Origin: Stegostoma tigrinum
Taxonomy: Eukaryota
Direction of reading: 5' to 3'
Assembly: GCF_030684315.1 (NCBI RefSeq)
Contig: NC_081365.1
Location: 77,166,127-77,230,126 of the forward strand
DNA: 64,000 bases
Every line of letters starts with the position of its first letter. Position 1 is the stretch's first letter. This document shows, in pieces, positions 50,442 to 60,904 of the stretch. A model generated the notes under the pieces. It worked only from the letters and a program-made list of their open reading frames with translations. It was not told where the DNA came from and did not search any database. A program made the translations under genes and the position numbers.

Positions 50442-52625
50442 CACTAGTTGGGGATTCTAGAACTGTGGGCATAGTCTGAGAATTTAGGACCAGGCCATTC
50501 AGGAGAGACGTTAGGAAGAAAGTCTACACACAAAGGGTGGTAAATGTTTGGATTTCTCTTCCACAAATGGCTATGGGTGTTGGATCTGTTGTCAATTTTA
50601 ATTCTGAGATAGACATCCTTTTGTTAAGGAAAGGTATTAAGGGAAACAAGTCAAAAGCAGGTTATTGGAGTTAGGTCACAGATTAGTCATGACCTCATTG
50701 TGGAGCTGAATGGCCTATTGGTGTTGTTATAGATGCCATTCCCCTCCCATTCCTGAGGTACAAAACTTCTACCATCAGTGCTAAACCCTTCCTACAGTTC
50801 AACAGAGGTGAATATTCCAACCTCCGAAACTCTGGGATGTTAGGAAGGAAATTTCCGCAGCTGGACATGATGACCTGGGATGTACTACCCAACAAGGGCA
50901 CAGACAAGACATCAATCCGAACCATCAAAAAGAAACCAGATGTCTATCTGAACCAGGCAAATCTCTCTTGGCTTCAAGGAAATTGCCAGCAGCTGGTGCT
51001 TTGGGATAGCACACAACCGCTGTCAATTGCGCTGAATGGGATCTTTCAGTTTATATCAACTCACTGCATGAAAGAAATTTAATGGAAGTTTATCTTATGA
51101 TTTATTGGAGGAAATCCAAGTCAAAATAAAGATTCCATTGAGACCTGACCATTCTGATGTGACATCATCAATCTGAAATGTTAACTCTGTTTCTCTCGAA
51201 ATCAGATGTTGGCAGGCCTGCTGAGTTCCTCCAACATTTTGTTTGTATTTCGGATCTTCCAATGATTTCCATTTGCATTGCTCCAAAAATCATCCTCTAA
51301 CTCAACATCAAGTGGCACACAATTTGATTTATAAGTTACATAAAGTTACACAGAACAATGTTATCACCCAGAGAGTGGGGAGACTAAGGAATGCAGTGCC
51401 TGGGAGTGTAGTTGAGGCAGGAAACCTCACAACTTATGTAAAAGTACTTGGATGAGCACTTTAAGTGTCATAACGTTCAAGGCTATGGGCCGATTGCAAG
51501 AAAGAATGGGAAGTAGTATGTAGTTGGCAGCATCGACTCAATGGACTGAAGGGCTTCTTCCATAGAAACCGCAAAAAGTGGGCCAATCTTCTCTATGTCA
51601 ATCCAAACGCACCCAGATCCCTTCGCTAACCCTATCTTGCTGCACACAGCCCATAGCCCTGTAGCCTACAGCACATAAGGTGCATCTCCAGGTACCTTTT
51701 CTTTAAAAATTAGTTTAGGTTCTCCAATTTCGCCACTGATTTAGGCAGCAAATTTCAGATACCAACCTTTATGCAAAATCATTTTCCCCTCTCATCCCTT
51801 CTAAAATTCCTGCCACGTTCGTTGAAACTATATCCCCTAGTTTTTGACCTCTCTGCCGGGGGAAATCGGGTTCAGCCTGTCTACTCCATCTCTACTCCTG
51901 ACAATTTTGAACACAACGCAGTACAGTTCTATGATTTAAGCAACTGACCCTCCCAGACAATGATGAATCCCAGACAGAGAAATGCCAGATTACACCAGAT
52001 ATTGGCAATCACATCGACTGGGGACCATTCAGATGAATCATCGTGAACTATGTTAATGTTGTACAGGGCTTTGGTGAGGCCTTTTCTTGAGTTCTGTGTC
52101 CAGTTCTGGCTAAAGGAAGGTTATTAAGCTGGAGAGGGTTTAGAGAAGATTGACCAGCACGTCACTGGGAATAGAGGGTTTAACTTATGAAAAGCTGGAG
52201 AGTCTGGGACCTTTACTCGCTGCAGCACAGGAGGTTGAGGGGTAAGCTTATAGATGTTGATACAATCATGAGAAGGATAAATAAAGTCACTGACTGGTGC
52301 CATTCCGAGAGTGAAGGATTTTCAAAGTTAGTGGACACATTAAGGTGAAGGGAGAAAGAATTTTAAAAAAAAGTCATGACTGATTGTTTTTAAAAAAGAA
52401 AATTAAAATGAGTGGCTCACGTGAAGAATAAACTTCCAGAGGAAGTGGTTGATGTGGGTACAGTTACAACATTTAAAAGACATTTGGATAAATACATGAA
52501 TAGGAAAGGCTTGGAGGGATATGGGCCAAGCGCAGGCAGGTGGGACGAGGCTCTTGTGAAGAGGATAATAAAGTGTGAAGCTGGATGAACACAGCAGGTC
52601 CAGCAGCATCTCAGGAGCACAAAAG

Positions 52626-52658
52626 CTGACGTTTCGGGACTAGTCCCTTCATCAGAGA
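52626..52658 (-). ncRNA. Minimal hammerhead ribozyme core within a Penelope terminal repeat (~52564-52660)
   Basis: Minus: uCU CUGAUGA A GGGAC UA GUCCC GAAA CGUC AG; all core residues intact, stem I only ~2 bp. Confidence 0.65.
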
Positions 52659-52840
52659 GGAGTGAAGAGGAGCTTGGGATGATGGTTGGCATGGACTGGT
52701 TACACCAAAGGGTCTGTTTCTGTGCTATATCAATCTACGACTAATAATAAGACTCTGCAAAGCAAACTGGAAAACTGTCATATTTGGGCATAAAGACGAA
52801 AACCAACTTGACACCGAAAATTATAGTTGGGAAGCAAACG

Positions 52841-52846
52841 TTTATT
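52841..52846 (-). terminator. Probable poly(A) signal of GDF copy A
   Basis: AATAAA on minus strand ~90 nt after the stop codon. Confidence 0.55.
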
Positions 52847-52934
52847 GTGGGCGAGAAATCAATTACATTAAGATGGCTAACTGCAGCAGCACAGGAACTG
52901 AATTTAAAAAAACAACTTTGCCTGGAGAGAGATC

Positions 52935-53737
52935 TCATCGACAACCGCACTCATCCACCACCATTTCATCGTAATGTCTCAGGACAACATTGTCATTGTT
53001 ATCATAATAGAGCATGGAGATCGGGGAGAGTTTAATGGGTACACAGCAGGGTTGGGGAGTGTCCTCAGGGTCAGTGGCATGCACCAGAGTTTGCAGAATG
53101 GCGTGGTTGGTGCCATTCAGGCTCTCGCTGAGTGGGTAAGGGCACTCCCCGTGGCAATAGTTAGCCATGTAGCCCTGGGGCGCGATGATCCAGTGCTGCC
53201 AGCCCACGTCCCTGAACTGGATGTGGAGCCTCCTGCGTTTGCAGACTCGGCTGAAGGCCGGAGGCAGGTGGAAGGAGCTCCTCTTCCTCCTTGACGTCCG
53301 GCATCTCTCCCGGTTCAGGCTCACCACCAGCAGAGAGGCGCGCAGGGCCAGGCCGAGGGGGGCACAGGCCGAGCCCGCTACCTGCCGGCCTCCCGTCGTG
53401 GGGCTGCCCACCTCCAGGATGGCACCCGGGTTACCGCTGCGCTGCCTCCAGGCCCTGGAGCTGGTGGTCAGGTCGAAGTTGAGGGAGACGTGAAGGTTCT
53501 GGAAGGACTGTGAGGAGATGAGGCTCGGCCTGGAGTGGGGAGTCACTCCCACCTTCCAGAGGGACAGGGTGCAGGTTTCCCCTGCTGTCCCAGGGAGTGG
53601 GTACGGCCCTCCCGGGAGACTCAGCTCCAGCTGGGCCAACGTCAGCTCCTCCGCCTCTTGCAGCACCGACAGGTTGAAGTAGAGTCTTCTCCGAGAGCAC
53701 AGCCACGGCTGGGATCCCAGGCCAGAGATTGGGCCCC
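52935..53737 (-). CDS. GDF3: Vg1/GDF1/GDF3 (derriere/DVR1-like) copy A, exon 2 (rest of prodomain, RRKR furin site, mature cystine knot)
   Basis: Acceptor gtttgtcag|GG, phase 1; [76 protein letters not shown], close to zebrafish Dvr1 and Xenopus Vg1/derriere; symbol is family-level only. Confidence 0.93.
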
Positions 53738-53759
53738 CTGACAAACAAGGGATAGGATA

Positions 53760-54320
53760 ATAATTTACATTTATATAGCGCCGCCAACCTACTCAAACAT
53801 CCCGAGGTGCTATAGAGCAAAGACAAACATACACAGAGTTAAGGGGTCAGGCAACACAAAGATCAGCCAAGGAAATACGTTTCATTTAAATCAATTAAAG
53901 CAATCTTGAGAATCAGGAAACCTCAGAGCCTGCGGCTGATGCAACTGAATGCACGGCCACCAGTGACAGAGCCATTGAAACTCGGAATGCAACAAGAGGC
54001 GAGAGAATGCTGATATCTCAGAGGGTTTTGGAATTGGAGGAGAAAACAGAAAGAGGGAGGGGCAAGGCCATGGAGGGATCTGAAAAGCAAGATGAGAATT
54101 CTTTTTAAACAACTGAGATGTCGCTTGAGCAGGAGCTGCTGTAGATCGGACAGCAGAAGGACAGATAAGGAAACAGACTGGCTGCAAATTAAGGCAAAGG
54201 AAACAGCATCTTGGATAATCGAACTTCCAGAGAATTGTACATCAGAGAGGAGCCAGGAGTATGTGAGAATAGCCAAGTCTGGAGTTGGATGAGAATTTCA
54301 GCAGCAAATGATCTGAGACA
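53760..54320 (-). mobile_element. L2 LINE 3' fragment in the GDF intron (continues ~55456-55930; mirrored in right arm)
   Basis: ILILLFRSLHGLAP...GGRAFS is the L2 ORF2 C-terminus. Confidence 0.7.
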
Positions 54321-54324
54321 GGAC

Positions 54325-54950
54325 CATAAGACCATAAGACATAGGTGGAAGTAAAGCTATTCAGTCCATCAAGTCCACTCCGCCATTTAAATCATGGCTG
54401 ATGGGCATTTCAACTCCACTTCACTGCACTCTCCCTGTAGCCCTTAATTCCTTCTGAGATCAAGAATTTGTCGATCTCTACCTTGAAGGCATCCAACGTC
54501 CCGGCCTCCACTGCACTCCGCGGCAATGAATTCCACAAGCCCACCACTCTTTGGCTGAAGAAATGTCGTCTCATTTCAGTTTTAAATTTACCCCCCTCTA
54601 ATTTTAAGGCTGTGCCCACAGGTCCGAGTCTCCCCACCTAACGGAAACAACTTCCTAGCGTCCACCCCTTCTAAACCATACATTATCTTGTAAGTTTCTA
54701 TTAGATCTCCCCTCAACCTTCTAAACTCTAATGAGTACAATCCCAGGATCCTTAGCCGTTCAACATACGTTAAACCTACCATTCCAGGGATCATCCATGT
54801 GAATCTCCGTTGGACACGCTCCAGCGCTAGTATGTCCTTCCTGAGGTGTGGGGCCCAAAATTGGACACAATATTCTAAATGGGGCCTAACTAGAGCCTTA
54901 CAAAGCCTCAGAAGCACATCGCTGCTTTTATATTCCAAGCCTCTTGACAT
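54325..54950 (-). mobile_element. Young CR1 3' fragment in the GDF intron (mirror copy 62908-63540)
   Basis: [15 protein letters not shown]...RGDLIETYKIM peptide. Confidence 0.85.
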
Positions 54951-54981
54951 CATGTAGGTGGAAATTACTGGTTTCAGTGAG

Positions 54982-55438
54982 AAAGACGCTCTTTGGTCTG
55001 CCTGTAACTTGCTGGTCTGCCAGCTGAAAGACCTGACCCCAACCGAATGTTGCAGACTGGCGCACTCCAAGGTCCAGGACTACGTGCTGAGGGACCCGCT
55101 GAAGCTTGGGGCAGCCGCCGCCAAGGCGCGGTGGGGAAAGACCATGGTATGAAACCCCTTGTCCAGAATAGAAAAAAAGGGCCCTATCTGGTAACTGGGC
55201 CCAGCTGGCATCTTCCCCAACTGGTCAGGGGGCCAACGGGGACTGTGCGGGGTGACGACTGCCGGGGTGTTTTCTTTGCTTTGTTTCTTTTTTCTTCTTT
55301 GTTTGTTTTTTTTCCTTTAGTTGGTGTACGTACCCCCTGGGTAACCCGGAGCGGCTTGCATGACTGGGTAGGTGTATAAATATGTTTTATGTTTTGTACA
55401 TCTTATGAATAAAGTATATTTTTTCAAATAAAAAAAAA
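54982..55438 (+). mobile_element. Tx1/L1-clade LINE 3' end with poly(A) and ~20-bp TSD (mirror copy ~62422-62879)
   Basis: KDALWSACNLLV..ECCRLAHSKVQDYVLRDPLKLGAAAAKARWG*; aataaa and A tail; aaattactggtttcagtgag at 54962-54981 and 55436-55455. Confidence 0.75.
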
Positions 55439-56690
55439 TTACTGGTTTCAGTGAGGAGATTGGAAGCTCATCTTGGGGTCAGATGTGACACCAAGTTTGT
55501 GAACAGATATGTAAATAAGTGATGAGTTGGAGACCATGGGGGAGTGGAGAGAGGTGGTGCTGATAGAGAAAGAGCCAGGAGCTGTCAGTGTGATCAGAGA
55601 GATAGAAATAGGAAGGTGTGGGGGTGGGGGTGGGTGAAGGTGAAATGGAATCTGGAGACAAATGGGAGATGGGGTCAAGGGGAAGGTTTGGATGCTTGTT
55701 CAGGCCAACAGTTGTTTTTCTGAGGCAACAGCAGATTTAAAAGAGAGGGAGGGAAAACACTTGAACACATGTTCCCGAATGTTAAACATCTGCACAACCA
55801 GCAAATGGGGCAGATCAAAACAGCCCTCTGGGTGGGCACGCTGACCCCAGGCTGATCCCTCCAACACAGAGTTGCACACTGACCCCAAGTTGACAACAAA
55901 TTCCCCTCCTCACCCCTCGTTTCCAGGTGACACAAACCCCAGGCTGACCTCCCCTCCTCCCTGGTAATGCCAAGCCCACACAGACACCACTTGCCTCAGG
56001 AACTCAGACAGAGCTGTCCCCCAGCCCTCCCAAAGGAAACAGGGACTCCCCGATTGACAGCCCAACCCTACACCAAAGCGGATGGGGGTCTACCAGTTAA
56101 GGTAAAGTTGTGATAACAATTAAAGGCTCAAATACATTCACCAGTCATTGATACCCAGCCAGAAGTGATAACAGAGCCTCCCACATTCCTCAACAGGACA
56201 GGAGCAGTGCAGCCCCCTTCCGGGGTATGGAGTGTCATTCAGAATTTACTACAGGCAGGGGATACAGGGTTTACCACAGGCACAGGATCCTGCCGCTCTG
56301 CAATCCCTGCCAATGGTTATCCCCTGCTCCGGGTTCCTCACAAATTTTGTTTCTCTCATCCTGTCAGCAGCTCTTTCCCGACATTTCCTCCTCATTAAAT
56401 TTTCCCTCAAAACCCTATTGATGATATTTCAGAGATAGTAGGAACTGCAGATGCTGGAGAATCTGAGGTAACAAGGTGTAGAGCTGGATGAACACAGCAG
56501 GCCAAGCAGCATCAGAGGAGCAGGAAGGGTCTAGGCCTGAATGCTGCTTGGCCTAGTGATGATATTGTCCTCACTCTGGGTGGTAGTGAGTACCAGATTC
56601 TAATCAGCGAGGAGTATCCAGCCTGGCTGACCCCTCTCAGCCTCCTCTCCCTCCCCACCCTCCCACTCACTCTGCCTCAGGGTTACTTAC

Positions 56691-56985
56691 CCAGATCAGG
56701 AAGATGACGGACTGTGTCTCCATCCACCCCCAGCTCATCCACTCGGCACGGGTCAGCTCCCGCCTGGTCGTCCTGGTGGGCGAGGGGCCTGGACCTCCTG
56801 TGGTACATTTTCCAGAACCGAGCTGGCACAGGCCTGGGCTCAGAGGGCCGGGGCCTGTTCTGTAAACCCAACGCTTTTAGAAAAGCCTTCTCCCGAGCCA
56901 GGGGCTCCAACAGCAGCTCCCCCAAACTGACTGGGCAAAGGAACATCACAGTGAAACAGAGAGGGAGCCAGCCAAATGCAACCAT
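56691..56985 (-). CDS. GDF3: Vg1/GDF1/GDF3-like copy A, exon 1 (signal peptide and prodomain start)
   Basis: ATG at 56985 (acaATGG); MVAFGWLPLCFTVMFLCPVSLG signal peptide, FLKALGL..RP....PVP..FWKMY, PCRVDELGVDGDTVRHLPDLG; donor G|gtaagt, phase 1; spliced CDS 1098 nt = 365 aa. Confidence 0.9.
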
Positions 56986-58097
56986 TGTTAGCTCTGGGAG
57001 CAAAGACTCAAGGAGTAATGATGGGCAGGGAGAACCCTGGGCCCAGCTCCTGTTACAAACCAGGGTCAGATTCAATCACCCAGTTAAGTGTTGATTAAAG
57101 CTCTCTCTCTCTCTTTCTCTCTCTCTCACATTCACTCTTTCTCTCTAATTAACATTTCAACAGGGAGTTCCTGGAGACTGCCTCACATTCTGGGGCTATG
57201 GGGAAACAAGGAACTCACCTCCCTTCCTGCTTCTACCATTTGGGACCCTGACTGCTGGTATTCCTGGGTTTGAATTAGCTGTCAATGCACATCAATTCTC
57301 ACCTATGGCATGTGCTCAGTGGCTCTTCAAAGGAGCCGAATAATGGTGTTTGCATCTGAAAGGAGCTCTCTCCCATCCCAGACACTTCACTGCTGGACTT
57401 CATGTTAATGTCATAATCTCCCCTTCGTTTCAGACAACTCTGAGGATCCTCCCAGACTGGAGTGTGTATTCCTGGTAGTCTGCAGGGACAGGCTTCCAAC
57501 TGTCAGGCCAAACAGAAATTCAGCCTTTCAACTCAAGAATGATCAGTCTTTCTTTGAGCATCAAGAATTTGGGAGGAATAGACAAATCTAGGCACGGAAA
57601 AGCACTCAGAGTTACTGATCTTTAGAAAAAAATAGATTATTAAGGCTAATAGGATTGGATTGCAGCCCAGAAAGTGGCCACAGTACCCTCTACCCCTCTG
57701 TGCTGTGCCCCCACACCCCCCCCAAGCAAAAGCAATCATTTCTGCACAGCCCTGCATTTTACCTGATTTGAGCTGATGATTCCGGTCTCATTTGAAGGCC
57801 TAAATTGAACCATTGTTATCAGACTGTTGAAAGGACCTCTCTCTGCACCCTCTCAGCAGCTGTAACACTGTACCTGTGCTCTGTTCTGTCGCCCTCATAC
57901 ACATGCATAGTACGATCTGTCAGTAAAGCATGTTAGACGACACTTTTCACAGTATCTTAGTACATGTTACAATATTAAATCAAACCTGTCCCCACTACTC
58001 GATCAGGAGGGCGTTCCTGACCAAATCTACCTGATGTGCAAGAAGATGTTCTCCCTACATCTCAAGATGTAGGAACAGAAGTACCCCATTCAGCCCA

Positions 58098-59146
58098 GAT
58101 AACAAGGTGTGGAGCTGGATAAGCACAGCTGGCCAAGCAGCACCTTAGGAGCTCTTATAGTGTCTTACTACGCATCATCCTCCGACACTTCCGCCATCTA
58201 CAATCCAACCCCACCACCCAAGACATTTTTCCATCCCCAACCTTGTCTGCTTTCCGGAGAGACCACTCTCTCCGTGACTCCCTGGTCTGCTCCACATTGC
58301 TCTCCAACGCCACCACACCCGGCACCTTCCCCTGCAACCGCAGAAAGTGCTACACTTGCCCCCACACCTCCTCCCTCACCCCCATCCCAGGCCCCAAGAT
58401 GACTTTCCACAGTAAGCAGATGTTCACCTGCACATCTGCTGATGTGGTATACTGTATCCATTATACCCGGTGTGGCTTCCTCTACATTGGGAAAACCAAG
58501 CGGAGGCTTGGGGACCACTTTGCAGAATACCTCCGCTCGGTTCGCAATAAACAACTGCACCTCCCAGTCGCGAACCATTTTAACTCCGCCTCCCATTCCT
58601 CAGACGACATGTCCATCATGGGCCTCCTGCAGTGCCACAATGATGCCACCCGAAGGTTGCAGGAACAGCAACTCATATTCCGCTTGGGAACCCTGCAGCC
58701 CAATGGTATCAATGTGGACTTCACATGCTTCAAAATCTCCCCCTCCCCACTGCATCCCAAAACCAGCACAGCTCATCCCCGCCTCCCTAATCTGTTCTCC
58801 CTCTCACCTATCCGCTCCTCCCACCTCAAGTCGCACCTCCATTTCCTACCTACTAACCTCATCCCGCCTCCTTGACCTGTCTGTCCTCCCCGGACTGACC
58901 TATCCCCTCCCCACCTCCCCACCTATACTCTCCTCTCCACCTGTCTTCTTTTCTCTCCATTTTCGGTCCGCCTCCCCCTCTCTCCCTATTTATTCCAGAA
59001 CCCTCTCCCCATCCCCCTCTCTGATGAAGGGTCTAGGCCCGAAACGTCAGCTTTTGTGCTCCTGAGATGCTGCTTGGCCTGCTGTGTTCATCCAGCTCTA
59101 CACCTTGTTATCTCAGATTTTCCAGCAACTGCAGTTCCTCTTACAA
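58098..59146 (+). mobile_element. 5'-truncated Penelope-like element: inverted terminal piece, GIY-YIG endonuclease, terminal repeat; 11-bp TSD
   Basis: ORF 58243-58875 CNRRKCYTC...VVYCIHYTRCGFLYIGKTKRRL..HF.E...VANHFN...EQQLIFRLGTLQPNGIN; cattcagccca at 58087-58097 and 59147-59157. Confidence 0.88.
59018..59051 (+). ncRNA. Minimal hammerhead ribozyme core in the Penelope terminal repeat
   Basis: uCU CUGAUGA A GGGUC UA GGCCC GAAA CGUC AG; predicted cleavage after C59048. Confidence 0.7.
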
Positions 59147-59326
59147 CATTCAGCCCATTGGAGCTACACCAAGATCCAATGATACTCTGTCTTCATGACT
59201 ACTTTTGTCTTTACTTGGAGGCCCCTGATTCTCTATCCCAGCCCCACAGGGAATGGTTCCTCCCTACTGACAATGTCCAGGCTCTCTTGACGATTTAGAA
59301 TAATGGAATGTCAAGTCTCACCTCAA

Positions 59327-59373
59327 AGTCAGTTTGGGGGAGTTGCTGTTGGAGCCCCCGGCTCGGGAGAAGG
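59327..59373 (+). pseudogene. 47-bp orphan fragment of GDF exon 1
   Basis: 45/47 identical to 60519-60565 (agtcagtttgggggag(c/t)tgctgttggagcccc(t/c)ggctcgggagaagg). Confidence 0.9.
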
Positions 59374-60465
59374 ACATAAAGGATTGGTAACTGTTAAATA
59401 TGTCTAAATGACACCACATCTCCAAAACAGAATTCAGCACTACACATTAAATGTAAGAACAGACTTGGCAGGGAGCACTGTACAGCTTGATACTCACCAG
59501 CTTAATAACGCTGTTAAAGGGTTAAATTCTGAAAACTGGCTCCACAGAACAGGCTTGTCCTTCCTCATCGTTCCCCTGGTGAGGAGTTCAAGCTAATTGA
59601 AGGGGATGGTAAGATGACTGAAGTTGTTGATATGTCAGGGAGAGAGGGATGATTGCCTCTGTTTGAGGGGGGAGTCCAGGATGGGGCAGGTGGGTGAAAG
59701 CATGACCTTAAAACAGAGCCGACCCATTTACAACAAGGGGTGTGCGTTTATGGCACTCTCTCCTCCAAAACAGCAGCTGAAAATTCTGAAGCTAAGTTTA
59801 GCAGATTTATGTTGGATTTAGGCAAAAATAATAACAGAACTGAAATGGATAGCTGAGGTTGGGCCACAAATAAATGAGTTGAATGGTTTATGTTAGTTTG
59901 AAGGGCTGAATGGCCTCTTCCAATTGCTGAACTATAAAGTAAAGCCATGTTGCTGCTGATTCCTTCTCTCTGAACAAGTTCGATTAGGAGTAATGTAGAT
60001 GAACGGTCTGGTTATGTGAAATCTGCGAAGCCCGTGTATCTGATGTTAGTCCCTATCAGTGAAGTGTCTGGGATGGGAGAGAGCTCCTTTCAGATGCAAA
60101 CACCATTATTCGGCTCCTTTGAAGAGCCACTGAGCACATGCCATAGGTGAGAATTGATGTGCATTGACAGCTAATTCAAACCCAGGAATACCAGCAGTCA
60201 GGGTCCCAAATGGTAGAAGCAGGAAGGGAGGTGAGTTCCTTGTTTCCCCATAGCCCCAGAATGTGAGGCAGTCTCCAGGAACTCCCTGTTGAAATGTTAA
60301 TTAGAGAGAAAGAGTGAATGTGAGAGAGAGAGAGAGAGAGAGAGTGTGAGCTTTAATCAACACTTAACTGGGTGATTGAATCTGACCCTGGTTTGTAACA
60401 GGAGCTGGGCCCAGGGTTCTCCCTGCCCATCATTACTCCTTGAGTCTTTGCTCCCAGAGCTAACA

Positions 60466-60760
60466 ATGGTTGCATTTGGCTGGCTCCCTCTCTGTTTCAC
60501 TGTGATGTTCCTTTGCCCAGTCAGTTTGGGGGAGCTGCTGTTGGAGCCCCTGGCTCGGGAGAAGGCTTTTCTAAAAGCGTTGGGTTTACAGAACAGGCCC
60601 CGGCCCTCTGAGCCCAGGCCTGTGCCAGCTCGGTTCTGGAAAATGTACCACAGGAGGTCCAGGCCCCTCGCCCACCAGGACGACCAGGCGGGAGCTGACC
60701 CGTGCCGAGTGGATGAGCTGGGGGTGGATGGAGACACAGTCCGTCATCTTCCTGATCTGG
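60466..60760 (+). CDS. GDF3: Vg1/GDF1/GDF3-like copy B, exon 1; exon 2 expected ~126 bp past the window end
   Basis: Translation identical to copy A exon 1; ATG 60466, donor G|gtaagt at 60760/60761. Confidence 0.9.
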
Positions 60761-60904
60761 GTAAGTAACCCTGAGGCAGAGTGAGTGGGAGGGTGGGGAG
60801 GGAGAGGAGGCTGAGAGGGGTCAGCCAGGCTGGATACTCCTTGCTCATTAGAATCTGGTACTTACTACCACCCAGAGTGAGGACAATATCATCACTAGGC
60901 CAAG

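Larger units (their letters stand above)
53863..57392 (-). repeat. Left arm of large inverted duplication (visible part)
   Basis: Reverse complement of 60057-64000; inner boundary gacacttcactg (57392). Confidence 0.97.

Noticed and set aside
52974-53826. Overlapping antisense and alternative-frame ORFs across GDF exon 2
   Set aside because: Expected by-product of GC-rich coding sequence; no recognisable domains or splice signals.
56986-57075. 30-aa N-terminal extension of GDF from a TTG start (also 60376-60465)
   Set aside because: Non-ATG start from the ORF caller; the ATG at 56985/60466 has good Kozak context and directly precedes the signal peptide.
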